Source: Octopus sinensis | Taxonomy: Eukaryota | Direction: 5' to 3' | NCBI RefSeq assembly: GCF_006345805.1 | Contig: NC_043012.1 | Coordinates: 51,770,001 to 51,834,000 of the forward strand | DNA length: 64,000 nucleotides | In this document: one piece after another, positions 26,854-41,083 of the stretch | Numbering within the stretch: the stretch's first letter is position 1 | Layout of the letters: each line of letters opens with the position of its first letter | Position numbers and translations under genes: made by a program | The notes under the pieces: model-generated | Databases searched by the model: none | The model's input: only the letters and a program-made list of their open reading frames with translations | What the model was told of the DNA's origin: nothing

Positions 26854-27168
26854 ATCAAATACTGAGTGAATTTCGTTATTTTTCCTTTCTGTCTACGTGG
26901 GTCGTTTCGAGTACTTTTGTTTTGTTCGGGAGTCTCTGCTTAAAGTAGAAAAAATAGATAAGATTCTTTGGCTACTATTGCTAAACTTCGGTATGTGGTA
27001 AAGCAGATCTTTGCTGAAACTTAATTATAATTATACTCGTAATTATAAAATATTGTTTAAGTTTACCCAAAATTGTTCCTTTTTTCATGCCGAATTCTAC
27101 TGGAATTATTAATTTCTAGTTAATTAATTAATTTTACCTTTTATTATTATTGATTATGTATATATATG

Positions 27169-27362
27169 CTCTTTTATTCCTTTATTTGTTTCAGTCATTT
27201 GACTGCGGCCTTTAGTCGAGCAAATCGACCCCAGGACTTATTCTTTGGAATCCTAGTACTTATTCTATCGATCTCTTTTGCCGAACACCTAAGTTACGGG
27301 GACGTAACACAAGAGCATCGGTTGTCAAGCGGTGTTGGGGGACTAACAAAGACACAAACATA

Positions 27363-27398
<36 letters not shown>

Positions 27399-27408
27399 AT
27401 ATATATAT

Positions 27409-27453
<45 letters not shown>

Positions 27454-27616
27454 GACGGGCGTCTTTCAGTTACCATCTACCAAATCCACTCACAAGGCTT
27501 TGCTTTGGTCGGCCCGAGGCTATAGTAGAAGACACTTGCCTAAGGTGCCACACAGTGGAAATGAACCCGGAACCATGTGGTTGGTATGCAAGCTACTTAC
27601 CACACAGCCACTCCTG
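27169..27616 (-). mobile_element. SINE family A, full-length, with internal (CA)n(TA)n
   Basis: Reverse complement of the family A head (GCACAGGAGTGGCTGTGTGG) and tail (CAGTCAAATGACTGAAAC). Confidence 0.88.
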
Positions 27617-27629
27617 TGCCTATTGTTTT

Positions 27630-29880
27630 ATGCATTTCAGACCAAGGGCTAGGGCCAAGCTGGGGTAGCTTCATTGTTATCAATTTTTCAATGACCATTG
27701 GCCATTCATTTCTGATTGGGTTCTGGTGAAATAGGGAGATCGATATTACTGCTTTCTTTTGAGTTTTCGTCTGGAACATTGGAGAGTAAGGAGTCAAGTG
27801 GTTTCTTGTAACCATCTGCTAGTACTCCATGAAGATCTATCATATATGTTGGCAATATATTCAATAGCTATGGGCCCTTGAGTTCCAAGCTATTGAAGTA
27901 CATTATGCTCAGTCTAGACCTAATGGCTAAGATATTTGAAGCAGTGCAGAGACGTCCATTTCAGGGACTGCTATATCTCTCCATGCCAAAGTTTGGTGGC
28001 ATTCCTTCCAGGATCTTTCATACATATATCACAGCATATCTCCCCCGTCTTCGCACGAAGGAGTAGAGTTGCCGTGCTTTGCTTTTCTCCCAGTAGCTCA
28101 GTTGTTTCATTGATTCATCTGTACTAGTTCAGCACCTCTTAACTGCCTCAAGTTGCGTTATTAATTTGACTGTGAGTGACTATATTTGTGAACTGTAGTC
28201 AAGAAGGATGAGGACAAATGATTCCATAGATACAGCATAATTTCCTGATCGCTTGTTCTAAGAGTTCTTAGTATCCAGCAGGCCATTTGCCTGCACATTC
28301 CACACTCTGGTTGATATGCACTTGAAACGAGACGTTATTGCTCATATCAATCACCTGATCACGTAGTGTAAATGACCCTGGGATTGCAGCTCCCTTTATT
28401 CTGAATGAATCTTTACTACGGCAGATTGGCACAAGGTACCTGACAGCGGAAGATTTGGAAATTTTCTCCATTTAATTGCATGTTGTTGTCTTTCACCGAT
28501 TTCTTAATGACATCTAGGTGTTTCTGTAGAAGGTTAACATCGAAAGGTTACTTGACTGCTAGTAATACTTTTGTGTTGCTCTCTTAGTAACTGATGGCAC
28601 ATCTAAAACAGCTACCATAAACAGCAACGGCATTTCATTCGTTATTGCTGCCTCATTAGAAAGGTCCTTATTGGCTGTCACAACTTGGTTTCTGTCTTTG
28701 ATGAAGTCATTTAAATACTCTGCCTCTTTTCCGACTATGATGAATCTCCTTAGCCTGTGACATACCATCACATGACCAACTTTATCAGAGGTGTTTGCAA
28801 AATTGACACATATCACATCCACGTTTTAGCGATTCGCATACATAATGCTGCAAAAACTGAATAAGACATCTTAAACCTGAGCGGAAGCCATTGTGGGTGT
28901 TAAGGAGCAAGTTAAAATCTTCTAAAACAATCAGATCCATCCTGGCAATGCGTTTCCTGATTTAGCTGTCATTTATTGAGAGAAGTCTAAATCTCAGCAT
29001 CCGGTCTACTACATCCTATACGGATAGGTCATACTTTGCTTTACTTTAACGTTCTGAATTATCTATCTCTTTGAATGAAGCTTTGGAAAAGGATCAGTAG
29101 TGGTTTTTAGGTTTTGTTTTTATTATTTTTATAGCCTTAGCTTCTTCCTCTACCATCTCCTTTTTTATGGGAGTATAGTGTTTCTGTCCACTTTCACTCT
29201 CAAGGAATGTCTGTTTGAGATAGAATTATTCGCTATCGTTTAGTGGACCACGTAGACGCCTCGTTATTTCATTAAAGTATTCCTTTCGTTGAGAATTATT
29301 ATTTTCAGTTTGTAATTCTTTCCGGAGCACACTTACTCTATATGTTATACATGATTGTCATAAAGTGCTGTACTTTGCGTCAATACCTTGCGTAGAGAGA
29401 CCAGTAAACCAGATTGGTTCCATTACATCTTTCTGAATATATTTCCAAACAGATTCGCACAAGAAAGAACTTGGATACGTCTAGTTGACGGCATGTTTAT
29501 AGTTTTCCTGTGAACAATATATTGTTACATCTATTACGTTATGGCGGGAGAATATCATCAGTTTTACCATAACATTATGTATGAACGCCGCGATATTTAT
29601 GACGCAGAGGTACAGATGATTTTAACCCCTTGTTGGGTGGAGTACTATTTGTTTCATAAAGAGAATGATTTTGAGGTCAAGCAGAGACTCTGCTTTCTAC
29701 ATTCAGTGACATACATAATAGTAGGCGACTTTCAGGCCCTTCGACATTGCACTGAATTCATTGTTTTCACTTTTTTCTTTCGCTCTCACCTTCGAGTTAC
29801 GGCTAACATTAACCTGCCTGCTTGTGCTTTAGTTTTCATCTTTCACTTCTATCTACCTGGCGGTCTTTTGTGTTTCTGAG
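27630..29880 (-). mobile_element. Old, internally deleted CR1-type LINE related to the 42-46 kb element
   Basis: DVICVNFANTSDKVGHVMVCHRL (cf. DVIYLDFAKAFDKVDHGMICHKL); RDQVIDMSNNVSFQVHI; RRYAVIY..KILEG..PNFG; 3' end CCCCAGCTTGGCCCTAGCCCTTGGTCTGAAA. Confidence 0.85.
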
Positions 29881-31236
29881 CATGTATACATAAAAAGAAG
29901 TGTGTGTGTGTGTCTGTATGTATGTATCTACGTATTTATGTATGTATTGATATGTATATGTATATATATTACTTGCATTCATATATATAGAGTGATTGAC
30001 AAATTCTTAGGTCATCATTCAAAACGTATTGCAATATTTAACCAGAGCATTTCCATACTGAGTTCAAATACTACTTAGTTAAAACTCCATTCCACCATTT
30101 GAGGGTCAATAAATTCTCACTGAGAAATATTGGAACCAATGGTCTAGAAAACCACGTCTGCCTCAAAAGTACTTGCTTTTACCTACATCAAAAACCATTA
30201 AAATGGTTCACAGGAAGAATTAGAACGTGAAATACATTCTTTGGGGTTTTATTGCTCTTTTTTTTCCACACACTTTCAGTCCAGTGTTCAAATACTGCCG
30301 AGGACCACCTTGTTTTTCATCACTCCGGGGTCCATAAACTATTGTACCAGTGTGGTATTGGAGTCAATAGTATCTACCAATACCTACTCCATAATTGTTT
30401 GTACTTCTACCTAAATTAGTATTGTTATTGATTTTACAGAATTTCTTTAGAAAAGAGATGGAATCATTTACGTTGCGTTATATGATTTATTACAATGTGT
30501 ACGCAGAATTATTGCTTTGCATTCGAGATATTTCTTGGGTGTTCAAGAATCTTTTCTTCTTACTTCTTTCTATTTTGCCATATTTCTATTTTATATTTTC
30601 ATCTTTAACTCTCTCGATCCTTCAATTTACATTTTGTTCTATATTCCCACTTCTTCAATTTCGCCCATTTTTTTTTATATATTCCTATTTAGTTCTGCCT
30701 ATATTCTAACGCATTTGCTTTTATTCTCTAATGTACAGACACCTATTTACAGAAACTTCAATTGCAAACTTCATGGAACAAACATCACTTGCTATTTCCT
30801 ATTGATCTTTCTAGCGCTGGCTATTAATTTTACAAATCTGCTATCTAAATTCATCTATCAATTTAGTCTACAGTTACATTCTCTGCATCCCATCATTCTG
30901 GATTCTTCCATTCCAGGCAACACGTTTTATATGTTTGTTTCTTATTTGTTACTCATTTTGATTTTTTCTATTATGTCAGTTCCCTGGTACTTTCTTTCCA
31001 TATATATATACATATATATTTATATATATATATATACACATTTCTATTATATTAGCTTCGCTCTCTTAATATCACCTTGTATCTTTAGCTATGTATCTCC
31101 TTCACTCTCTCTCTCTTACTATTTGTATGTATATATATATATATGTATGTATATATTATATATATATATATATATGTATATATATTTATATATATATGTA
31201 TATATATATATATATATCACCTATATATATATACAC

Positions 31237-31281
<45 letters not shown>

Positions 31282-31799
31282 TATACACATATATAAATAT
31301 GTATGGATTCTATACATATGTATACGTGTGCGTGTATTGTGTGTGTGCATATGTATTTATATCATTCACTTGCATTCCAGCTATCTATATTTTCTCTCTC
31401 TTCAGATATTTTGTTTATTTGCTGTGTTACATCTTTGTTTTATAGTTTGTTTGCTTTTGGAGTTATTTTTCTTATATGCATATATATTTTTTTCTTGTTA
31501 CTGCATTGTATTAAACTGACTGCACAATTTATAAAACTGTTCTAAACTAGATTACGGGGCAGTAGAAACCAATCACAAATGCAATGCACAATTTCATTCC
31601 TATATAATTTGAAAGACGGGATTTTGAATGTTATTAGATGAGACGTATTCTGGATGGTGAAGGAGGCATTGACTGGAAATCCACTGTGTCAATATAGAGA
31701 ATTGAGAAATACGAGAGAGCAAAGGTTTCGAATTTAAAGCAAACAAAAAGAAATTATAGTGTGTGCATGTGTACGTGCGTACGTATATATGTGTGCATG

Positions 31800-31841
<42 letters not shown>

Positions 31842-32045
31842 GTATATATATATATACATATGTATATATATAATATATATATAATACGTATGTATTTACA
31901 TGTATATATATATATCACATACACATATATATACACGCGCACACACACGCAAGCACACACGTATATTTATAAACAAATAACAAATGCATTTATATATATA
32001 TAAACATAGCCTGTGAGTAGGTACATACCCATAGATAAATATGTT

Positions 32046-32076
<31 letters not shown>

Positions 32077-32078
32077 AT

Positions 32079-32127
<49 letters not shown>

Positions 32128-32728
32128 ACATATGCTTGCATGTATCTGTGTGTACTTGTGTGTTTGTGTGTGAGAGAGTCTGTGCATGTATCCGTACAAC
32201 TATATATGAAAATCTATATTATATATATATATATGTATACGTATATATGCATTTAGATTTATATGCATGCATAACCATATATATTAATACGTGTGCGTGT
32301 GTGCATACTATAAATAAGTTTTGTAATATAAGATGCATATAAATAAAACATGTAATGAAACACTGTGAGTCTTGTAAAGAATTGGATTCCAATAGGAAAT
32401 ATGCTTTGTTTTTGTGTTGTTTAGTATATCACTGTGCATCTAGGGTTATCCTTTACAATGTACATGCCGTTTAGATTGCAAGCAGTAATTTTATTTCGAA
32501 AATCAGACGTGCAGAAGAAATACACCGAAGGAATGTATCTCTCTCTCTCCCTCCCCCCCTATCTCTCTCTCTCTGTATTCGTGCATGTTACCGTGTGAGC
32601 GTGTGTACGTGAAGTACATACTCATCTGAGCATCTTCTATATCAATATATATTTTATATATTATTATTATGTTGACACACTTCTATTAATTTCAAAGACT
32701 CAGCGTATATATATATATATGTATGTGT

Positions 32729-32762
<34 letters not shown>

Positions 32763-32765
<3 letters not shown>

Positions 32766-33124
32766 TAGCAGTATCGCCCGGCGTTGCTCGGGTTTGTAAG
32801 GGAGATAACTATAAAGCATTTTTAGAGAGTTATAGCCAAAAAATAGCAAAAAAATGGGGAAAAGTTATGTAAATTTTTTTTGATAGTTAAAAAGGTCGAG
32901 TTGCGTCCCAGACCATCTGTGGTTTGTGTTTCTGATTGTCGACCCCATGTCGAATTTATCGATCTTTTTCAGAACTGGGGGAACTTTTCAAAATTTTCAC
33001 TGCGTTAGTTTTGAATTATGACATTGGGCTATGTGTTGTCAAGTTTCATCAGAATCGGTGAAAGCCGTGGTCAGGGTGAGGGTACAACCAAACAGACACA
33101 CAGAAACACACAGAGACACCTGCC

Positions 33125-33135
<11 letters not shown>
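32763..33135 (+). mobile_element. Non-autonomous Helitron/Helentron-type element (HINE/Lep1-like)
   Basis: Starts TACTAG followed by the palindrome CCCGGCGTTGCTCGGG; 3' part AAGTTTCATCAGAATCGG...AAACAGACACACAG...GTTTATATATA; embedded in (TA)n on both sides. Confidence 0.7.
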
Positions 33136-33190
<55 letters not shown>

Positions 33191-34189
33191 ATATATATAT
33201 AGTGTATTTATATACATGAGGGTGGGTATGCGTATGCATTATATACGCTTATATATTTTTTATACATCTATATGCACACATGCACGTATATTTGTAGGAA
33301 TGTCTTAAAATATATATATGTACAACATTACAGAAGTATATATCTATCCTTTTCTCCCTCTCTCTCTTTCGCTCTCCTTGTGTCTCCCTCTGTATAAGCA
33401 TATATATATATATATGCGTTATTAGCCTGTGTGTGTATTTATATGTTTATATACATATCACAGTGTGTGTGTGTACACGTTCAAAATATTCATATATGTA
33501 AGTATATATATATATGTGTATATATTTATGTGTATTTTTTCTGAATATTTGTTTTATACAACTGCTTTTGAATGCGAGCATTTTCTTCCGCAACGGGATA
33601 TGTGTGCGAGTTGCTTACCATACCCCTACCCGTTGAAATACCTATATTCCGAAAATTCTTGAATAAATCATTATTTAAGTTAGTGGAAAATGTCTCTGAA
33701 ATCCAAGAAGAATTAATTATTTATGCGATTCATCTTATCAGAATCCAAAGAAACGAAGAAACCCTGTATTCGTTCTCTATATTATTTAATTATTGAAAAT
33801 CCAAGAACATGTACACGTTTACTGTATAAAATGATATTATCCTAATTCCATTCGTCGTTTCCGAATATTTTCTGCAGTAACTTGGCAACTGTTAAGATAT
33901 TCATTTTATGCGCATGATAATAAAGCCGGCCCAGAATTCTCATTTTTCTCAATATTGTATTGAATTATTTTGCTTACTAAAGTCAGAGATATGTAGACAG
34001 AACATTTTGAGGATTTTACAAATTCTTCAGGTTGAAGATGATTCACTTAGTTTTGTATACTTGTTAAAAATATTCCTGTATACATCAGGAATATTATAAA
34101 TAAAGCGTGTGTAGTAATATGTACATATTACTTCAGTTTTCGTTTCAAAATACATGAAATATCGTTGATATACATACATTCATATAAAG

Positions 34190-34400
34190 TTAATCCACAC
34201 ATGAAAACACAAAGAGAAAACACAAGAACGCGAGGACGTGGAACAAGTATAGTGTTATTAGACACTCAGGGAAGAAGGAGGGTTTAATGTTTCGAGCGGA
34301 GCTCTTCGTCATAAACATAGGAAAAGGAAAGTTCCAAGTAAGGGAAGACGGACCAAAAAAAACCGCCAACGGTACACACGCGGTTACGTTTTGCATATAT
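34190..34400 (-). mobile_element. Short non-autonomous repeat with a degenerate HHR motif (34282-34316); second copy at 38335-38560
   Basis: Reverse complement GTTT-ATGACGA-AGAGCTCCGCTC-GAAA-CATT-AAAC, followed by CCTCCTTC..CCTGAG..CCTCGCGTT shared with the 38.4-kb copy. Confidence 0.7.
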
Positions 34401-34405
34401 ATTCG

Positions 34406-34790
34406 CCGGGTAGTAAATAGCTTGCTTTCCAGCCAGATTATGCTGGTTTCAGTCCGAATTCATGGCACTTTAAGCAACTGTCTTCTTTTATAGTCTCGAG
34501 CCGGCCAAGGCCTGATGAGTGGATATGGTAGACGCACACTGAAATATGCCTGTCGTATATCTATCTATCTCTCTGTTCATCTATTTTTCTCTCTCTCCCT
34601 CTCGCTCTCTTTCTCTTTCTCTCTTTATATATACATGCATACATATATATATATTCATATATGAGAACTACGTTAGTTGTACGCATGTCTGTGGATTGCT
34701 CAGTCACTTTCACGTTAATTTCACAAGCAGGCTGTTCCGTTCAGCGTATCAGCTGGGACCCTCGTCGTCGTAACCCATGGAGTGCTCCTA
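34406..34790 (+). mobile_element. SINE fragments: family A 5' half (34406-34557) and an isolated tail type 2 (34660-34790)
   Basis: Similarity to other copies in the window (GAGAACTACGTT...CACGTTAATTTCAC...CCCTCGTCGTCGTAACC). Confidence 0.7.
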
Positions 34791-34873
34791 TATATATATA
34801 CATTTAAATACACACACAGATCCGCGCACACACGCACACATGCACACACACACACACATACACACACACACAT

Positions 34874-34905
<32 letters not shown>

Positions 34906-34919
34906 TATATACATACGCT

Positions 34920-35230
34920 TGGGAATCGGTATGAGCAATAGCACATCATTTTATATGCACATTACCAAGATGGCTGCAAAGGGCAGAAAACTGGAAGGAT
35001 GGACACTGAGTTCCTTCAAGTCGGGAGACCAAGTAATTGTGTTAACCTTGTGGAGACCTTTAGTTCTCACCCACCTGGGCTACTGCTCCCAGATATGATC
35101 ACCACATTGTGCCAAATTATGTGAGCTTGCGGCAGTCAAATAACACTGCATAAAAAGATTGAACAGTGCACCGGATGAGCTTCAGGTATAGTCTGAAAAA
35201 ACTGCAAATTAAAATGCCATCACAAGTGGT
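34920..35230 (+). mobile_element. CR1-type LINE fragment (post-RT region)
   Basis: MSNSTSFYMHI...GW...LWRPLVLTHLGYCSQI*SPH aligns with MSNDASFQMHI...GW...LWKTFVLSRLDYCSQLWSPH near 45120-45290. Confidence 0.75.
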
Positions 35231-35313
35231 AAGCGAATTATTATCCGTACAGTCAAATTAATATAATATATAATACAACACCAGATATGTACATATATAC
35301 GCAAGGGTATATT

Positions 35314-35344
<31 letters not shown>

Positions 35345-38207
35345 ATATATTATATTATTATATATATTATGTATAGATAGATAGATATACATATATGTAT
35401 ATTATATGTATGTATGTATGTATGTATGTATTCATGCATATCTGTTTGTTTGTATATACATGCATGTATTTCGCTTGTCGTTTCCATAGCTTTTTCTTTA
35501 AAACATATATTTATAATTTTAATGTCATTCCTTGTAGGTTTCCTTCAAATATCTGTTGTAATTCTTTCAATTTATAATACCTCTAAGTTTTTGATTACAC
35601 GGATTTCTAATCACACTCAACTGCATGTTCACCATCACACTTCACTTTTCTATACCACCTTATTTCCCTTTACAGTCTAGCAATTCTTTTTATGTCGATC
35701 TTTCCTATACATTTTCTTGAGTATATAGTGAGGCATGAAGTTATGCACGTCTACGCTCGCGATCACTCTTTTTACCTCTTCTCTCTCTTCCTCAGTTGTT
35801 GTCTCTCACTCAACCTTCCATTTATATTCTTTCTTGACATTATTTTAACCCGCTATTTCTTTCATTTACATCGATTCATTCATGTAATCGTTACAAGAAA
35901 TTCCTTTTACTTTCTCTGTACCCTTTCTTCTATTGATTTCTTTGTCTATAATCGATATGACACTCTTCTATTGCTCCACCCTATATCAAAGTATTAGCTT
36001 TACTTCATTTACTTTATTTTCAGCTTTCTAATTCTCCCATTCCATTACTAGCCTATAATACATATTCACTTTCAATAAATTGTGTTTTATGTTTTCTCCT
36101 TGGTTTAATCTGCTGTTTCATGAAGCATTTTTCTTTCGTAATACATTTCTGCTGACTAGAATCGACCAAAATTCTGCATTGTCACTATTAAACTGCATGT
36201 CTTAACTGCGTAGTGACACAACTCACATTCAAATTTTGCAGTGAAACGCGGAGGAACACCACAGAAAGCCATACTGCTGACCCACAATCAATATTTGACT
36301 TAAGACACAATCTTTTGCCTTAAACTATCGCCGATGCTTTGCTCTGGATAAACCTTTATCAAACAGACCTTAGATAAAAGTTACTTACTACTTGAATATA
36401 CTTTCGTTTCGATGATTTAGGACTACAATTTCCTGTACCATCTTCATTTTCACTTTAGGATGGCAGATTAAATGTTTGTTCAATGAATATAGCTAATAAT
36501 AAACCAGTTTCACTACCCATAAAAAACGTTAATGTTGTTAGAAAATTATTGCGTATCACTCTGGGAATATCAGAAGTTTTTGTACAAAACTGTCTGTCGC
36601 TTCTGTTAAATTTTTTATCTTGTTCGATATTTTTCTCGACAAAGAAGAGAAAAAGTATTTCACGAGGGTTTCATAATTTGTCAAATGGTGTGCAGTCACG
36701 AATTAGCGTTTGCTCCGCACATAGTGCTTGTACTGAATGTCTTCATGGTGAACAATTCTCATAGTCCACTCCGACATCTGAAGATTTTGGACAAGCTCGG
36801 GCATCAACTAGTAAAAGTTGGGTCGAAAAAAATTAATACCAGTACATATTTACAAAGTTTTGTACTTAATATATTGGTCTCTTTCAACGAACTCACAAAA
36901 CACTATGATATATACAATTAAGTGGTGTGGAAGGAGTAAACATAAATACGAACACATACACATACACCTCACTCTCTCCCTATATATTATTCTCCCTATT
37001 TATCAATCTAGTTATCTAACACTGTATATATAATTATATAGATATATATATATATTTATAGATAGATCGATATCGATATAATATATATATATATACACAT
37101 ATATATATATATGAATCTTATATATGTAAATCCTTTTTTATATATGTATCTCTATGCATTATTTTTTATACTATTACACCTACTAATATCAGTACACACT
37201 TTTTCTTGCATACTTATATTTAATTATGTCTATATATTATAATTTAGCTTATATCCTACTTCTGATTCTTTACATTAAATCAATAGATAATATGCATATA
37301 AATTCCTTATGTAAGTTGTTTGACTGGTCTTTATTGTGACTACCTAATAATTAATTAAGTAAAGATGAAGTGTTAATCTGATTCTACATAATAGCAATTT
37401 TTTAGCGTTTAAACGGGTGTACATATTCTTTTTAGCTAACCTGGTTATGATAACTCTTTCTAGGATTTTTAAAATTTTATTTTTATGCAACATAATACTA
37501 AACATGCTCCAACTGAGCCACTAATGTTTTCCTGGATGTCATTGTAGCATCCTGAGTTTCATACAATTAAACCCTTTAACTGGTAACAATATCCTGAATT
37601 TATGTCACCCCTACACTACCTCTTTTATAGTCATTGCTACTATCTAAGTCACTCTTTTTGAAGTATTGTTTCTTCTTCTTGTGAGTACAGGGATACCTGT
37701 GACAGTCTGAAAGATATGACCAGCAGCCAGCTAGGAGCTCTCAACTCACCTTAAATTTTATTCTAAGTATATGCAGTCTTCTAGTCTTAGAATTATGTTG
37801 ATGATAAGGAGATGAATTGAAAAGGAATTACAACCCTATGAACCCCACAGTGTTCTATGCCACTCTAGATATTGTAGTCTGTTTTTCTCTTACCCATTCT
37901 AGCTACAATAGTGACAACATGAATTTCTTACATCCTGTTGTTCTGTTACAATATTTAAGAAAAATAATAATATATCTTGTCTGTTGAAAATCAATAGTTG
38001 TGCAACTGAAGATAGCACTGTATATAATGATTGCAGTATTCAATTAAATGGAGCCGCTTCAAACGGCCGTACTGTATTACTACTTGAAACCCTGTTACTT
38101 ATGTTGATATTATTCACCTTACTTCGAGGTGTATGGATAATACCGGACTGACTTGTTGCTTCAACTTAAGTACCGAATTCAACTGAATCTTAATTAATTC
38201 TTATATA

Positions 38208-38251
<44 letters not shown>

Positions 38252-38262
38252 ATATATCTATA

Positions 38263-38297
<35 letters not shown>

Positions 38298-38299
38298 AT

Positions 38300-38334
<35 letters not shown>

Positions 38335-38341
<7 letters not shown>

Positions 38342-38560
38342 CAACCCCTGTGATCTCTTGAGCACCACCAGCAAAATGTTTTTTTTCCTCTGTCTTCCCT
38401 TCTCGGATCTTTCCTTCTCCTTTGTTTCCGACGAAGAGCTCCGCTCGAAACGTTAAACCCTCCTTCCCTTCTTTCCTGAGCGTCAAATAATACCTTAATT
38501 GTTCCAGGTCCTCGCGTTGGTGTGTTTTTTTTTCCTGTGTTTTCTTGTTTGGATTAACTA
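38335..38560 (+). mobile_element. Short non-autonomous repeat with an HHR-like motif (38424-38458, core U4->C)
   Basis: GTTT-CCGACGA-A-GAGC(TCC)GCTC-GAAA-CG-TT-AAAC; flanked by (TA)n. Confidence 0.7.
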
Positions 38561-38723
38561 TATATATATTATATAATATATATATAATATATATATTAAT
38601 ATATGTATGTATGTGTGTATGTATGTATGTGTGTATGTATGTATGTATGAATGTATGTATGTATGAATGTATGTAGGTATGCTTGTATGTATGTCTATAT
38701 ATAACAATATTACAATTACTAAG

Positions 38724-39048
38724 TGAGGGCGCGTGGCTTAGTGGTTAGGGCATTCGGCTCATGATCGTAAGGTTGTGAGTTCGATTCCCGGCGACGCGTT
38801 GTGTCCTTGAGCAAGACACTTTATTTCACGTTGCTCCAGTCCACTCAGCTGGCAAAAATGAGTTGTACCTGTATTTCAAAGGGCCAGTCTTGTCACACTC
38901 TGTGTCACGCTGAATTTCCTTGCGAACTACGTTATGGGTACACGTGTCTGTGGAATGCTCAGCCATTTGCACGTTAATTTCACGAGCAAGCTGTTCCGTT
39001 GATCGTATCAGCTGGGACTCTCGTCGTCGTAACCGAAGGAGTGCTCCT
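38724..39048 (+). mobile_element. tRNA-derived CORE-like SINE (head type Y + tail type 2) with TSD
   Basis: A/B boxes (TGGCTTAGTGG, GAGTTCGATTCC), CORE-like GTGTCCTTGAGCAAGACACTTT; 14-bp TSD TTACAATTACTAAG at 38710-38723 and 39049-39062. Confidence 0.9.
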
Positions 39049-39205
39049 TTACAATTACTAAGAGGAATGACCACTAAAGTGGATCCCTATACGCTAGAGA
39101 TAGACGTCAAATCACTTTTCCACAAAGAGTTTGTTCTCAAGAAATTTCTACCCTCATTATTTTAATATATATATATATGTGTGTGTTTTGTGTTGCGTAT
39201 GTATT

Positions 39206-39273
<68 letters not shown>

Positions 39274-40452
39274 TATACATATATATATATATATACATAT
39301 TATATATATATATGTATGTATATATATATACATACACATATACATACTCATATATGTACATATATTACATTTACATTTGTAAAATATTAATAACGATTAG
39401 TTTTATGTAATTCAGTCAATGGCTATCAGTACACATTTTAAAATAATTATATGAAATACGCTCGCACAAACATTCGCTATTAACACAAACAAAAACGACA
39501 AGGGTTTTCAAATTTTGTACTGGCACACAATAAGGATAAACGACGGAATCCCTGTATGGATTCTGTACCACATACAATTACTAGTCAAACGAAATATACC
39601 GACTTTGAAAACACAAAACTGATACGATACATTGCAAAATACGGTTATAGATAAATGCAATGACAAGAAAGTCACGTATGGAAATCATGCAATCCTTCGT
39701 TTAACAACACTCTTACCCTAAATCATAAATACGCATTTACTTATGTATGTGAATATACATGTCGTGCTGTGTCGTGGGATGTTTTTAACCCATACCAGCA
39801 CTTATGAATGCATTCCAGCGTAACCATTTAGTAATTTGGTAAAGTATATCGTATATAAGGACAATATTATCCGGTACATATAATTTTTCTCCATGAAATA
39901 AAGGCTTTATTGGAAAGGGTTTGGGGTATAATTCTTTGTAGGATAAGATAAGACAACGTGTAATGAAACCCGATATTGTTCAATCATCAATGAATGTTTG
40001 GGTAACGTTCAGTTTTTTTCTTTATAAGCGATGAGGAATCACTGCTCATATATGTATAATAATGAAAATGTATAGACGCCGGTGTATAACTACATGGGAA
40101 TGGTAGTATGTAAGAAAATGTCTGTGATTTTAGATTTCTGTATGATTTGTGGCCGAGAATGTTAATAAAACTGTCATTTTAGTTATTATACTAACAACCA
40201 CACGAAATTTTCATTTCCACTGTAGATATTTTTTTCCACCATAAAGTAAAGAATTGTATTTCTCAACAAATTCTTCTGTATGCATGAGTGTCATGTATGT
40301 GTATATATATATACGGTATATCGGAAATCTCCAAAGGCTCCATCACTCACGTCTCGGCTATGAGCTTCGAACCCTGGTAATCTGTTACAGCATTTACCTA
40401 GCGTACCTAATCGTATAGATTCCAATATTTTATATGTATATATATGCATATA

Positions 40453-40543
<91 letters not shown>

Positions 40544-41083
40544 AGATGGCGCTGACTAACAAAAGTGTGTTAACGTGTCTCTCCTAAATATTAAAGAAGT
40601 CCTTCCAGAGATCGATGTTATCAGAAGCGAAATTGTCTGCAAAGCGAATATAAGTGATAGTACAACAAGTCACTGTATTTGAGAAGAATATTTTCGCTTT
40701 TGATATAGTATTTGCAACTAGAACATACTCGCGAATACACGTGTTAAAACGCACGTGTGTTACTTCCCGAAATCGAAGTGAATTTTATTCTTCGTCTGTG
40801 AATCAACAAGACACAGTATTTTTGAGAAGGATATTTTCGTTTTTGATGTATATCTGCGTGTTCTGAAAAAAGCCTCTGAAAAATTTGCTGCTTAATACCA
40901 AATCGCTTAGGAAAATACAGAAAGTATCGTCAAACTGTTGCATGTGCTAAATCGAAACTCAAATCCCTTTTGTTTACAAAGTGCGCTTGGGGAATATAAA
41001 AGGTCTGTCTTGTCTATCTATCTTCCTTTCTTATAAAAAGGAATCACGTAAGTACTCTCTCAGCCAAGGTAAGGAAGATATTA

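Noticed and set aside
34505-34560. CTGATGA-GTG...CAC..GAAA hammerhead-like motif
   Set aside because: It lies in a SINE A copy whose other copies read CCTTGTGAGTGG; stems I and III do not form, so it is a chance mutation.
39786-40168. Segment bounded by TTAA at both ends (piggyBac-type MITE?)
   Set aside because: The terminal sequences are not convincingly inverted repeats, and TTAA is common in this AT-rich DNA.
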